A stretch of DNA of 61,991 bases, counting the filler, from Nitrospinota bacterium (lineage in GTDB: Bacteria > JAUXIQ01): the NCBI GenBank assembly GCA_030620925.1. It is 15 parts of 15 records of this genome, joined end to end, with 100 filler letters (N's around TTAATTAATTAA, not from the genome) between each part and the next. Parts side by side here need not be neighbours in the genome. Positions count along the whole stretch, not along the records: positions 28,548 to 32,585 come from JAUXIQ010000260.1; positions 32,686 to 37,055 come from JAUXIQ010000225.1; positions 37,156 to 40,871 come from JAUXIQ010000288.1; positions 40,972 to 44,462 come from JAUXIQ010000311.1; 11 more parts are not named here. One strand, given 5' to 3'. The notes under the pieces are model-generated. The model was not told where the DNA came from. It ran no database searches and saw only the letters and a list, made by a program, of their open reading frames with translations. Below, one piece after another: positions 32,262-41,428 of this stretch. Numbering within the stretch: the stretch's first letter is position 1; the number at the start of each line of letters is the position of its first letter. The position numbers and the translations under genes were made by a program.

Positions 32262-32273
32262 AGGAAGCGACTC

Positions 32274-32585
32274 ATGGTTTTACCGTTTGAAGAATTCACC
32301 AATTTGACCACAGAACTCTATGGAATACTAAAAGACGTAGAAGGCTACCTCACCAGGAGAGAGATGGAGTTTCTCGCCCTGCTCGCGGCATTCCCGACAA
32401 CTAAAGGAGAAATACTTGAGATAGGGAGCTTCAAGGGAAAATCAACCATAAGCCTGGCCAAAGGCGCTGCGTTAACGGAAAAACCCGATGTTACGGCTGT
32501 TGATCCTCTAAACTCACCGTCCAGCACGGACCCGGATTTAGAAGGTAAAGAATCCTGTCTGGATGACTTTCAAAACAACCTGAAG
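32274..32585 (+). CDS. Class I SAM methyltransferase (Methyltransf_24-like), partial
   Basis: Motifs VEGYL, ILEIGSFKGKSTI, AVDP. Confidence 0.8.
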
Positions 32586-32685
32586 NNNNNNNNNNNNNNN
32601 NNNNNNNNNNNNNNNNNNNNNNNNNNNNNTTAATTAATTAANNNNNNNNNNNNNNNNNNNNNNNNNNNNNNNNNNNNNNNNNNNN

Positions 32686-32867
32686 AAAACGCCATAGAGC
32701 GGCTTCGCGAGATCATGGGGAACACCGACCCTTCTAAAGCAGATGAAGGGACTATCCGCAAGATGTTCGCCTTGGACATAGAGAAAAATTCAATCCACGG
32801 TTCCGACGCCCCTGAGACTGTAGCCACAGAAATACCTTTCTATTTCAATCATTTAGAACTAATATAA
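32686..32867 (+). CDS. ndk: Nucleoside diphosphate kinase, 3' fragment
   Basis: Not in the ORF track. [21 protein letters not shown]...NSIHGSDA...EI.FYF. Confidence 0.92.
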
Positions 32868-32915
32868 TAGAATACAGTTTAAATATTAAATTGTTCCACC
32901 TGCCGCCCTTCACTG

Positions 32916-33227
32916 CTGTCATTCTGAGTCCCGCCACACACGGGAGGAGTATTCTACCCCCGGACTTGTCCGGGGGTTCGTTTAGAGCATGACCCTCCCG
33001 CCCACAAGTGAGCGGGTATCCAGTTATCGGAAATTTATAAGCAGAATTATACATGCCCACCCTTTTAAGGGTGGGTATATGATGAACCCCGCCGTGGCGG
33101 GGCCCCGAACCCCGTAACTTGTTGCGGGGCGATGCACCCCCGGACAGTCCCGCGGTACGCGGGACGAAGAATCTCGCCTGCCCTGCAACAACGTCAAGAT
33201 GAACTCTTCAACTGCGCTCAGAATTGC
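32916..33227. repeat. REP-like element split by a 236-nt palindrome-rich insert
   Basis: Halves ctgtcattctgag (32916-32928) and cgaagaatctcgcctgc (33165-33181) match the reverse complement of the intact copy at 51117-51151. The insert holds several hairpins. Confidence 0.8.
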
Positions 33228-33407
33228 GACCCATAGGATAACGATGAATCAGGATTTGTAGTTCGCCTTGGAATAGAATAGAATATCTCGCACGTAAATG
33301 CGGTGCGGGGAAAAAAAGATGGACAAACAACGCTGCTGAAAAGATAATATTAAAGTATTCAACGGGCTTACCTTATTACCATCTGTATTTTAGTCGAAAG
33401 TTTAGGT

Positions 33408-34661
33408 ATGACGACAAACGATAATGAAAAAATCAGCTATGCGGAAATAGCCAACGCTTTTTTCGATAAAGCGGCCGAGAAGCTGGGCCTTGAGGAAGAA
33501 TGGCGCGTATCCCTCAAGGTACCATTCAGGGAATTAAGCGTGGAAGTGCCAGTACGCATGGATGACGGGAAACTACGCGTATATCAGGGCTACAGGGTTC
33601 AGCATAACGGTGTGCGCGGCCCGAAGAAAGGCGGCATACGCTACCATCCCCATGTGGACCTGGACGATACAAGGGGCATGGCGGCCATCATGACCTGGAA
33701 GACGGCGGTCATGAACATCCCCTTCGGAGGGGCTAAAGGGGGCGTGAACTGCGACCCGGGAAAAATGTCCAAAAGGGAGCTGGAGCGCCTCACCAGGAAG
33801 TTCGTCTCCCGGATAGGCTTGTTACTCGGCCCCTACCGGGATATACCCGCCCCGGACATGAACACCAACCCCCAGGTGATGGCCTGGATAATGGATGAAT
33901 ACAGCTCTAAACATGGTTACACCCCCAGCGTGGTAACCGGTAAACCGCTGGACCTGGGAGGTTGTCCGGGAAGGGTGGAAGCCACGGGGAGGGGCGTAGT
34001 ATTCATTATGGAAGAGATCGCCAAAGAGTTCAATACCCCTCTGGAAGGAGCGAAGGTGGCCATCCAGGGTTTCGGCAACGTAGGGTCACACTGCGCCGCT
34101 TACCTCGAGAAAGCGGGCAGCAAGGTCGTGGCGGTGGGTGATGTTATGGGGGCTGTCTATAATTCCAGGGGGCTCAGCATGAGTAAATTGCTGACCCACT
34201 CCCGTAAAACGGGTTCAGTGGTGGGTTTCCCGCAGGCTGAGAGTATCGCTAACCATGAGCTGCTGGAGCTTAAGTGCGACTACCTGATACCTGCCGCCCT
34301 GGGGGGTGTCATACACGAAAAAAACGCGAAAAAAATAGCGGCCAAGATAGTGGTTGAGGCGGCCAATTGTCCCGTAACGCATCATGCTGATGAGATACTC
34401 GAGGATAGGGGGGTGTCCGTTGTACCGGATATAGTGGTGAACGCGGGTGGTGTCATCGTCTCTTACTTCGAGTGGGTGCAAAACCTTCAGCAGTTCGCCT
34501 GGAGTCTGAGGAAAGTCAACGCAGAGCTTTCCCGACATATCAAGAGGGGTTATAATGAGATATACAAACTTTCCAAGCAGAAGAAGACCACGCTGCGTAT
34601 GGCCGCATACATGGTAGGGATAGACAGGGTAGCCGCCGCGGAGAAGATGCGCGGCGGTTGA
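33408..34661 (+). CDS. gdhA: Glu/Leu/Phe/Val dehydrogenase (glutamate dehydrogenase)
   Basis: Motifs GYRVQH, KGGIRY, GGAKGG, DIPAPD, ATGRGV, IQGFGNVG, NAGGVIVSYFEW. Confidence 0.93.
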   Translation: MTTNDNEKISYAEIANAFFDKAAEKLGLEEEWRVSLKVPFRELSVEVPVRMDDGKLRVYQGYRVQHNGVRGPKKGGIRYHPHVDLDDTRGMAAIMTWKTAVMNIPFGGAKGGVNCDPGKMSKRELERLTRKFVSRIGLLLGPYRDIPAPDMNTNPQVMAWIMDEYSSKHGYTPSVVTGKPLDLGGCPGRVEATGRGVVFIMEEIAKEFNTPLEGAKVAIQGFGNVGSHCAAYLEKAGSKVVAVGDVMGAVYNSRGLSMSKLLTHSRKTGSVVGFPQAESIANHELLELKCDYLIPAALGGVIHEKNAKKIAAKIVVEAANCPVTHHADEILEDRGVSVVPDIVVNAGGVIVSYFEWVQNLQQFAWSLRKVNAELSRHIKRGYNEIYKLSKQKKTTLRMAAYMVGIDRVAAAEKMRGG

Positions 34662-34685
34662 GATGAAATATCGTGCATACAGGGG

Positions 34686-35465
34686 ATGTTAATGGGCAAC
34701 TACAGAGATATCGAGGCCGTCCTTTTCGATTTTTTGGGTACGCTGGTCTATTTCGAGCGGCTGACGATGGAGGAAAGCATAGCTTCCGTCCTGGAGAGCC
34801 TGAAAGCGGATGGGTGCGAGCTGGACTATGATATGTTTCACCCCGCCTACAGGGAATCCACCCAGAAGCATTGGGGCTCCCGGCGCGGCGACGAGGAGAC
34901 TTACAATAAGTACTGGCTGGCCGACGCACTCGAAGCGCTGGGCATAGAGGCGGACCCCGAAGGGGCCATGATAACCCGTGCCGTGGAAGCCTACTTCGAG
35001 CCGTTTCACGAAGTGATGAAACCCATGCCGGGAGCGTTGGAGACGCTGGAAGCGCTGAAAGGCCGTTATCGCCTGGGCCTGGTTTCCAATTTCACATACA
35101 GCCCCACCGTTACCCGGGCCCTGGACGAGCTGGAGATGAGCTCCTATTTTGAGACCGTAGTCATTTCGGCCGACCTGGGGCTGCGCAAGCCGAGTCCGGT
35201 GATTTTCGAGAAAGCCATGGCCGACATCGGTTTGAATGAACCCGGGAAGGCACTTTTCGTGGGCGACGACGTGGACGCGGATATAATGGGGGCGCTTAAG
35301 TCCGGCATGGTGCCCATACTCATCTCTTTTACGCTGAAGGATAATTACCGCGAGCGTCTTTCCAGCGCACTCGACGGTCTGGGAGACGGTTTCGCAAAGA
35401 ACGTTGAGGAGATAAGACTGCCCCTGGAGCTTCTGGAGCTTTTGGACGAAAAGAATAGTAGCTGA
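34686..35465 (+). CDS. HAD family hydrolase (subfamily IA)
   Basis: Motifs LFDFLGTL, LGLVSN, RKPSP.IF, FVGDD.DADI.GA. Confidence 0.9.
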   Translation: MLMGNYRDIEAVLFDFLGTLVYFERLTMEESIASVLESLKADGCELDYDMFHPAYRESTQKHWGSRRGDEETYNKYWLADALEALGIEADPEGAMITRAVEAYFEPFHEVMKPMPGALETLEALKGRYRLGLVSNFTYSPTVTRALDELEMSSYFETVVISADLGLRKPSPVIFEKAMADIGLNEPGKALFVGDDVDADIMGALKSGMVPILISFTLKDNYRERLSSALDGLGDGFAKNVEEIRLPLELLELLDEKNSS

Positions 35466-35490
35466 AATTGTTCATACAGGAGGATTACCT

Positions 35491-35700
35491 TTGAGCGAGA
35501 GCCATAAGGGGAAAGGGAAGACCGGCAATCAAGGTGGCCGCCATAAATCCAGCGAAAAACCTGAGGACGCCGGTGAGAGCAATAACAGTCTGGATAATAT
35601 CGAATACGTCATCGACGAATACTGGGACGACAAGTTCGGGTTCCAATTCGGAGTCCTGGATTGGCGCTCCCTGGGTTTAGGGTGTTGAGGCGGAGGATGA
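35491..35700 (+). CDS. Small protein, candidate selenopeptide ending ...LGLG-C-U-GGG (69 aa if UGA 35686-35688 is Sec; 65 aa otherwise)
   Basis: AGGAGG RBS before the TTG start. End reads TGT-TGA-GGC-GGA-GGA-TGA, followed by a perfect 8-bp hairpin with a GUUC loop. Confidence 0.6.
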
Positions 35701-35720
35701 GGTCGGCGGTTCCGCCGACC
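35701..35720 (+). promoter_or_regulatory. Candidate bacterial SECIS element
   Basis: GGTCGGCG-GTTC-CGCCGACC. The loop begins with GU, 20 nt after the UGA. Possible lower stem AGGCGG (35688-35693) with CCGCCT (35742-35747). Confidence 0.55.
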
Positions 35721-35832
35721 AGGCACCTTTTCAAAAACGCCCCGCCTTTCTCTCGCTGCTTGCGAGGCTGAACTCCTTCCGCAAACTCAGTATCATGAAA
35801 TATAGTGTCATACTCTGTCATAAGGTCGAGGA

Positions 35833-37055
35833 ATGAGCGGGAAGACGAAGACGCTGCTTTTTGTATCTCTGGCCGGGCTGCTCTCCATGGCGGTCTCTTT
35901 CAATTACTCATCGGTTATGTCCATCCTGATCAAGGAATGGGGTTTTACCAACCGGATGAGCGGCAGCGTCAACGGCGTTTTCCTTGCCGGCTACATTATT
36001 TCCGTGCTCATCACCGGCTGGCTGGCGGACCGCTTCGGCGGCCGCCGCGTCTTTATATGGAGCGCGGTTGAGACCGGCATATTCGGGATGGCCTTCATCT
36101 TCTTCGCTGAAGGCTACCGTTCGGCCCTGTTCCTGCGTTTCATGATGGGCTTGGGGCAAGGGGGGCTCTACGTGCCGGCCATGCGTCTCCTCTCCGATTG
36201 GTATGCACCCGAAGAAAGGGGGAAGGCGCTGGGCACGCTTACCGGCGTTCTCATCTTTACCTACGCTATTCCCTACCTGATGGCCCCGCTGGCTGTGGCG
36301 ACCACCTGGCGCTGGGCTATGTCCGCCACCACGCTGCCCGCTTTCGGAGGGGCGGCGGTTATGTATTTCATGGTGAAAGAAAAACCGGAAACACCGCCTC
36401 CATCTTCCATCTCCGGCCAGCTTGTTGCCGGAGGTGAGGAGGGACCCGGCTTCGTGCGGGGTGTGCTCCTCAATAGAAAGTGGTGGCTGGTGAACGGCGG
36501 ATATATGGGCCACTCGTGGGAACTGTTCGCCATGTATGGTTGGATAGGTTATTTTCTCACTTCCAGCGGGGAAGCCGCGGGAAAAAGCTCCGCCGAGGCT
36601 CTTTCCTGGGGAGGTGTGGTGGGCGGGCTCAGTATTCTGGTGGGCACCGTTTCCTGCGCAATGGCCGGGACGCTTTCCGATAAATACGATCGCTTCAAAA
36701 TTATTCCCATTTTCCTCACCATGAGTATGGTCTGCTCGTTCATTTACGGGCGGTTGTTGGGAGGTACGTCTTCCCTGCTTATCCTGGTGGGACTGATATA
36801 TGGGTTTACCGTAGTGGCCGATTCCGCCATCTATAAAGCCGCCACGACGGAGATCGTACCCGAAAGATGCATGGGCGCTGCGCTCGGTCTCCAGTCCTTC
36901 CTCGGCTTCGGTGCGGGTGCCCTGAGCCAGCCCGTATTCGGAGCGGTACTGGACGGGGCGGGATGGGGAACGGCCTGGGTCTCTTCTGGATTGGCCGCCC
37001 TGGCCGGTCTGATTTGCATAATGGTCTTGCGCCCGCCGAACAGATCATTCTTTTC
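35833..37055 (+). CDS. MFS transporter (3' end at contig edge)
   Basis: Motif A GWLADRFGGRR, ERGKALG, about 12 TM helices. Confidence 0.9.
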
Positions 37056-37217
37056 NNNNNNNNNNNNNNNNNNNNNNNNNNNNNNNNNNNNNNNNNNNNT
37101 TAATTAATTAANNNNNNNNNNNNNNNNNNNNNNNNNNNNNNNNNNNNNNNNNNNNAGAAGTTTACCGTTTCAAGCGGCAGGCATATAGCTTTGCTATAGA
37201 ATGGGGAGTATCGCTCG

Positions 37218-38183
37218 ATGGTGCTGGACGATATAAAAGAATTTCTTACCGGGAGGGACAACTTTCTGGTTTCCACCCACGTAAATCCTGACGGGGATGC
37301 GATAGGCTCGGTACTGGTGTTCAGCCAGATACTGGACGAATTTGAAAAAAATTACCGGATAGTCATTCATGACGCCCCCCAGGAGAAGTTCTCCTTCCTC
37401 TCCAATTTCACTAAGATTCAGGTCTACTCGCCGGAAGTGCTGGGCGACTTCGAGGTAGAGAACCTGATCGCGCTTGACTGCGCGAGCATGGAACGGCTGG
37501 GGGAAGTGCAGAAGCTGATACCCTCCTCCGCGCCCACCCTCAACATCGACCACCATCCGGATAACGACCTGTTCGGGACCATTAACCTCGTGGATAAAAA
37601 CGCCAGCAGCAACTGCGAGTTGATATACGACGTGATTAAAAATCTGGGCATCGCCATCGATTCAAAGATCGCCTCCCAGATATATACCTCTATAATGTTC
37701 GATACCGGGAGGTTCCTCTTCTCCAATACCACCGGTCAGGCCATGAGGGTATGCGCGGAGATGCTGGAAAACGGCGCAGACCCCTATTTCATTGCCAACA
37801 TCGTCTACAATGAAAAACCGAGGGCTTCCATCGTCGCCCTGGGCAAAATGCTGAACACTCTCGAGCTGCACCTGGAGGACAGAGTGGGGTTCATGCACCT
37901 GAAGCATGAGGATTTAGTCGATGAGGGTGAGGACATCACGGACTTGGACGGTTTCGTGGACTACCCCCTCATCATCCGGGGTGTAGAAGTGTCCATCTTC
38001 GCCCGTGAACAGGAGCCGGGCAAATTTAAAGTAAGCCTGAGGGCCAAAAACAGGGTGAAGGTCAACGAAATCGCTCACGTATTCAACGGCGGCGGCCACG
38101 CAAAGGCGGCGGGCCTGAGAATGGAGGGCGATCTGAAAGAATTGAAGGAAAAGCTGCTCGAGGAGATAGGCAAGCATCTCTGA
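37218..38183 (+). CDS. nrnA: Bifunctional oligoribonuclease/PAP phosphatase (DHH family)
   Basis: Motifs HVNPDGDAIGS, NIDHH, DTGRF, VSLRA, GGGHAKAAG. Confidence 0.93.
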   Translation: MVLDDIKEFLTGRDNFLVSTHVNPDGDAIGSVLVFSQILDEFEKNYRIVIHDAPQEKFSFLSNFTKIQVYSPEVLGDFEVENLIALDCASMERLGEVQKLIPSSAPTLNIDHHPDNDLFGTINLVDKNASSNCELIYDVIKNLGIAIDSKIASQIYTSIMFDTGRFLFSNTTGQAMRVCAEMLENGADPYFIANIVYNEKPRASIVALGKMLNTLELHLEDRVGFMHLKHEDLVDEGEDITDLDGFVDYPLIIRGVEVSIFAREQEPGKFKVSLRAKNRVKVNEIAHVFNGGGHAKAAGLRMEGDLKELKEKLLEEIGKHL

Positions 38184-38385
38184 ATAACCCCCCGGTTTCA
38201 ATAAAATTTAAGGGTAGAAACAGAGAAACATACCTGCTATTATTCGTTATCTTTTTTAAAATTAGCGGCAGAACACTCTGGAACAACAAACTGAAGCCCC
38301 CTACACCGGGGCTTTCCGGAAAGAGAGTTCAGCCCCCCTAAGCGGAAAAATGGAAGGGTTGACATTCTATCGATGAGGAGAAGGT

Positions 38386-39516
38386 ATGACAGCCGAATCT
38401 GTACTGTCCAGATTTAACGAAGCCACAACGGACCCCCTCTCAAAATTGAGCGAGATGGAGAAAGCCACCGGTAAAAAAGTGGTGGGCGGGTTCCTCTACG
38501 ACCTGCCTGAAGAGATGCTGCACGCGGCCGGCCTCCAGCCATTGATCTTCTGGGGCACCAATAAGCCCCTCTCCAGAGCCGACACCCTGATCCAATCCTT
38601 CTGCTGTTCCCTGGTGCGCAGCACCCTGGAATTGCTTGCCGACGGGACGCTGGATGGGCTGCAGGGCATGCTCATTCCTCACGTGTGCGACTCGGCCCAG
38701 CAGATGTCCTCCATCTGGAAGTACAATTTCCAGGATAAATATACTGACGACTACTACCTCCCCAAGAAGCTGCGGAGTCAGTCGTCCAGGGACTATCTTT
38801 TGGCCGAGCTGAACAGGTTCAAGGGAAGCGTCGAAGGTTTCTGCGGCGGTAAAATCACCGAAAGCTCCATGGAAGAGAGTATTAAGCTCTACAACGAAAA
38901 CCGCGCACTGATGAGAGAGCTGAACGACCTGCGGCTGAACAAACCCGGCGTAATCTCGGATAAAGATTTCTACACCTCGGTAAAGGCTTCCATGATGATG
39001 CCCAAGGAGGAACACAGCGCGCTGATGAAGGAGCTGCTGGGCTCTCTCAAAGACGCCCCCGCCGGCGAAGAGCCGGAGGTGAAGTTAGTGGTCAGCGGCT
39101 TGGTTTGGGAGCCCCCCGAGTTGCTCGACCTCTTCGCCGAGGTGGGAATCAGCATCGTGGGCGATGATCTCTATAACGGCTCTCGCTACTTCCTGAAAGA
39201 CGTGGCGGAAGACGGCGACCCCCTGGAGGCCATGGCCGACAGGCACATCAACAATTTGCCCTGTTGCTGCTACCACTACCCCCAGCAGGAGACAGCCCAG
39301 CATCTCATAAAACTCGTCAAAGACACCGGCGCACATGGCATCGTGATACTGGAGCTGATGTTCTGCGAGCCGCAGGATTTCGAGCTTCCCGACCTGCTGA
39401 AAGCGTTTGAAGAAGCCGACATACCCGAGCTTTCACTGGAAACAGAACAACAGACAACCGCCCTGGGCCAGATGAAAACCAGGCTCGAGGCTTTCGTGGA
39501 AATGATAGGAGATTAA
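38386..39516 (+). CDS. 2-hydroxyacyl-CoA dehydratase / benzoyl-CoA reductase family subunit (HgdB/BcrC-like)
   Basis: Motifs PEEMLHAAG, SFCCSLVRS, HVCDS, VGDD, FCEP, TRLEAFVEMI. Confidence 0.85.
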   Translation: MTAESVLSRFNEATTDPLSKLSEMEKATGKKVVGGFLYDLPEEMLHAAGLQPLIFWGTNKPLSRADTLIQSFCCSLVRSTLELLADGTLDGLQGMLIPHVCDSAQQMSSIWKYNFQDKYTDDYYLPKKLRSQSSRDYLLAELNRFKGSVEGFCGGKITESSMEESIKLYNENRALMRELNDLRLNKPGVISDKDFYTSVKASMMMPKEEHSALMKELLGSLKDAPAGEEPEVKLVVSGLVWEPPELLDLFAEVGISIVGDDLYNGSRYFLKDVAEDGDPLEAMADRHINNLPCCCYHYPQQETAQHLIKLVKDTGAHGIVILELMFCEPQDFELPDLLKAFEEADIPELSLETEQQTTALGQMKTRLEAFVEMIGD

Positions 39517-39519
39517 CCC

Positions 39520-40743
39520 ATGAGCGAGAAGCAGATAGGTTTTAAGACCACCGCATTAATGAGAGAACTCCTGGGCAAATACTATCAGGATATCCAGAAC
39601 TGCGAGAAGGAAGGGCGGCCCATGGCCTACGTCACCGCGGGGTTCCCCGTGGAAATACTCTACGCAATGGACATCCTCCCCTTCTACCCCGAGAACCACG
39701 CCGCCATGCTCGGTGCCCGCCGCATAGCAGTCGAGCTTTCCCAGGTGGCTGAAGCAGAAGGCTATTCGCAGGACGTCTGCTCCTACGCCCGCTCCGACCT
39801 GGGCTTCAACTTCAGCGGCCAGAGCCCCGTGGGCCCGGTTCCCAAGCCGAACTTCGTGCTTTGCTGCAACCAGCAGTGCGACACGGTGACCAAATGGTAC
39901 GAAGTCCTGGCCCGCTACTTCGACGTCCCCATGTTCCTCATAGACACCCCCAACGTACAGGGTCTCGAACCGCTGGATACCGCCCTGGACTATTTCAAAG
40001 TGCAGCTTAAAGAACTGGTGACCTTCCTGGAGGACAAAACGGACAGGAAACTCACCGACGACAAACTTCAGGAAGCCGTCACTTACTCCTCCGATGCCAC
40101 CCAACTCTGGAAAGAGATTCTCTGGCTGGGCAAGAACGTCCCCGCCCCGCTTACCTGTTTCGACGCCTTCATCAACATGGGGCCCATAGTAACCATCCGC
40201 GGCCTCGAGGAATGCGTGGATTACTACCAGAAGCTCAAGGAAGAGGTCGAGGGCCGCGTGGCCGAGGGTATAGGAGCCGTGCCCCATGAAAAGTTCCGCC
40301 TCTACTGGGACAACATAGCCATATGGTTCCGCCTCAAGGCCCTTTCCGAAAAGTTTTATGAAGCGGGCGCAGCCCCTGTGGTGGCCACCTACACCAACGG
40401 CTGGGCATACGACTTCGACCCCGGAAACCCCTGGGACAGCATGGCTACAGCCTACAGCAAGAGCTTCATAAACTGCGGCATGACGTGGAGACTCCAGAAC
40501 CTCACCCAGCTCATAGAAGAGTTCAACATCGACGGGTTAATCATGCACTCCAATAGGAGCTGTAAACCATACTCCTTCGGCCAGTACACCCTGAAAAACA
40601 TCATCATGGATAAGATAAAGCTGCCCAGCCTGCTCATCGAGGGAGACATGACAGACCCCCGCCTCTTCTCCCCCGAACAGGTGGAGGAAAGCATAGACGC
40701 CTTCCTGGAGAACCTGGAAAAGACCGCCACCAGGAACCAATAA
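39520..40743 (+). CDS. 2-hydroxyacyl-CoA dehydratase / benzoyl-CoA reductase family subunit (HgdA/BcrB-like)
   Basis: Motifs PENHAA, DVCSYAR, CDTVTKWYE, HSNRSCK, EGDMTDPR. Confidence 0.87.
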   Translation: MSEKQIGFKTTALMRELLGKYYQDIQNCEKEGRPMAYVTAGFPVEILYAMDILPFYPENHAAMLGARRIAVELSQVAEAEGYSQDVCSYARSDLGFNFSGQSPVGPVPKPNFVLCCNQQCDTVTKWYEVLARYFDVPMFLIDTPNVQGLEPLDTALDYFKVQLKELVTFLEDKTDRKLTDDKLQEAVTYSSDATQLWKEILWLGKNVPAPLTCFDAFINMGPIVTIRGLEECVDYYQKLKEEVEGRVAEGIGAVPHEKFRLYWDNIAIWFRLKALSEKFYEAGAAPVVATYTNGWAYDFDPGNPWDSMATAYSKSFINCGMTWRLQNLTQLIEEFNIDGLIMHSNRSCKPYSFGQYTLKNIIMDKIKLPSLLIEGDMTDPRLFSPEQVEESIDAFLENLEKTATRNQ

Positions 40744-40765
40744 GGCCGCATTCACCACGGAGCTG

Positions 40766-40804
40766 AAACCGCCCGGGGCCGCCGAAAGGTCCCGGGCGGT
40801 TTTT
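40766..40804 (+). terminator. Intrinsic terminator
   Basis: aaaccgcccgggg...cccgggcggttttt directly after the dehydratase pair. Confidence 0.8.
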
Positions 40805-40840
40805 CGAACAAACCTGCCCTTCGCAAATTCCCATCATCCT

Positions 40841-40868
40841 GGGGGGCGGGTTTGAAACCCGCCCCTAC
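40841..40868. repeat. GTAG-type REP-like palindrome
   Basis: ggggcgggtttgaaacccgcccctac. Relatives at about 13718, 43128, 43977, 51042, 51241 and 51307. Confidence 0.7.
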
Positions 40869-40971
40869 GACNNNNNNNNNNNNNNNNNNNNNNNNNNNNN
40901 NNNNNNNNNNNNNNNTTAATTAATTAANNNNNNNNNNNNNNNNNNNNNNNNNNNNNNNNNNNNNNNNNNNN

Positions 40972-41095
40972 CTTCCCTGAAGCCCGTATCCTCGATAATC
41001 TCCTCACAGCAATCGCAGAACATATCCACCATCAGCTTCCTCTTATCATCATTAGGAAGCCTGCTTATTTCATTTTCCAATTCTTGGACAGACAT
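40972..41095 (-). CDS. Hypothetical protein, 5' fragment with CDCC motif
   Basis: GGAGGAG RBS, then MSVQELENEISRLPNDDKRKLMVDMFCDCCEEIIEDTGFRE. Confidence 0.55.
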
Positions 41096-41428
41096 TTTCC
41101 GCTCCTCCCTTCAAGGCCCGGCAAAGGACCTCATTCGGGTAAAAGCCGACTTACCCCCTACGCTTGGGTAGAGGGTCTCTTTCGGTTAAAAGTATATATC
41201 GCAAGTGCTTAAAAAAAAGGCGGGGGGTAAAAGCGGGTTCATAGCCCTTACCGCTCTCCACTCTTATTTTCTTGATTCGTCTCCTCGCATCAGATATCAT
41301 CAAAAGATAACAGTATTAGGCAGGAGAAGGGCCTGGCGGAGGTCTTTCATCGACCCTGATAGGGCTCCAAGGTTAATGGAGTAATACAAATAATTAAGAA
41401 ATAATCACAACTATTTAGGGGAATCAAA

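Noticed and set aside
34653-34661. GdhA ending in Gly-Gly, like a sulfur-carrier terminus
   Set aside because: Ordinary full-length dehydrogenase whose family commonly ends in RG; no ubiquitin-like domain.
35698-35805. Second TGA of the small peptide as another Sec, extending the ORF by about 34 aa
   Set aside because: The strong hairpin starts immediately after this codon, too close to serve it. No second G-loop hairpin sits about 20 nt downstream, and the extension looks non-coding.
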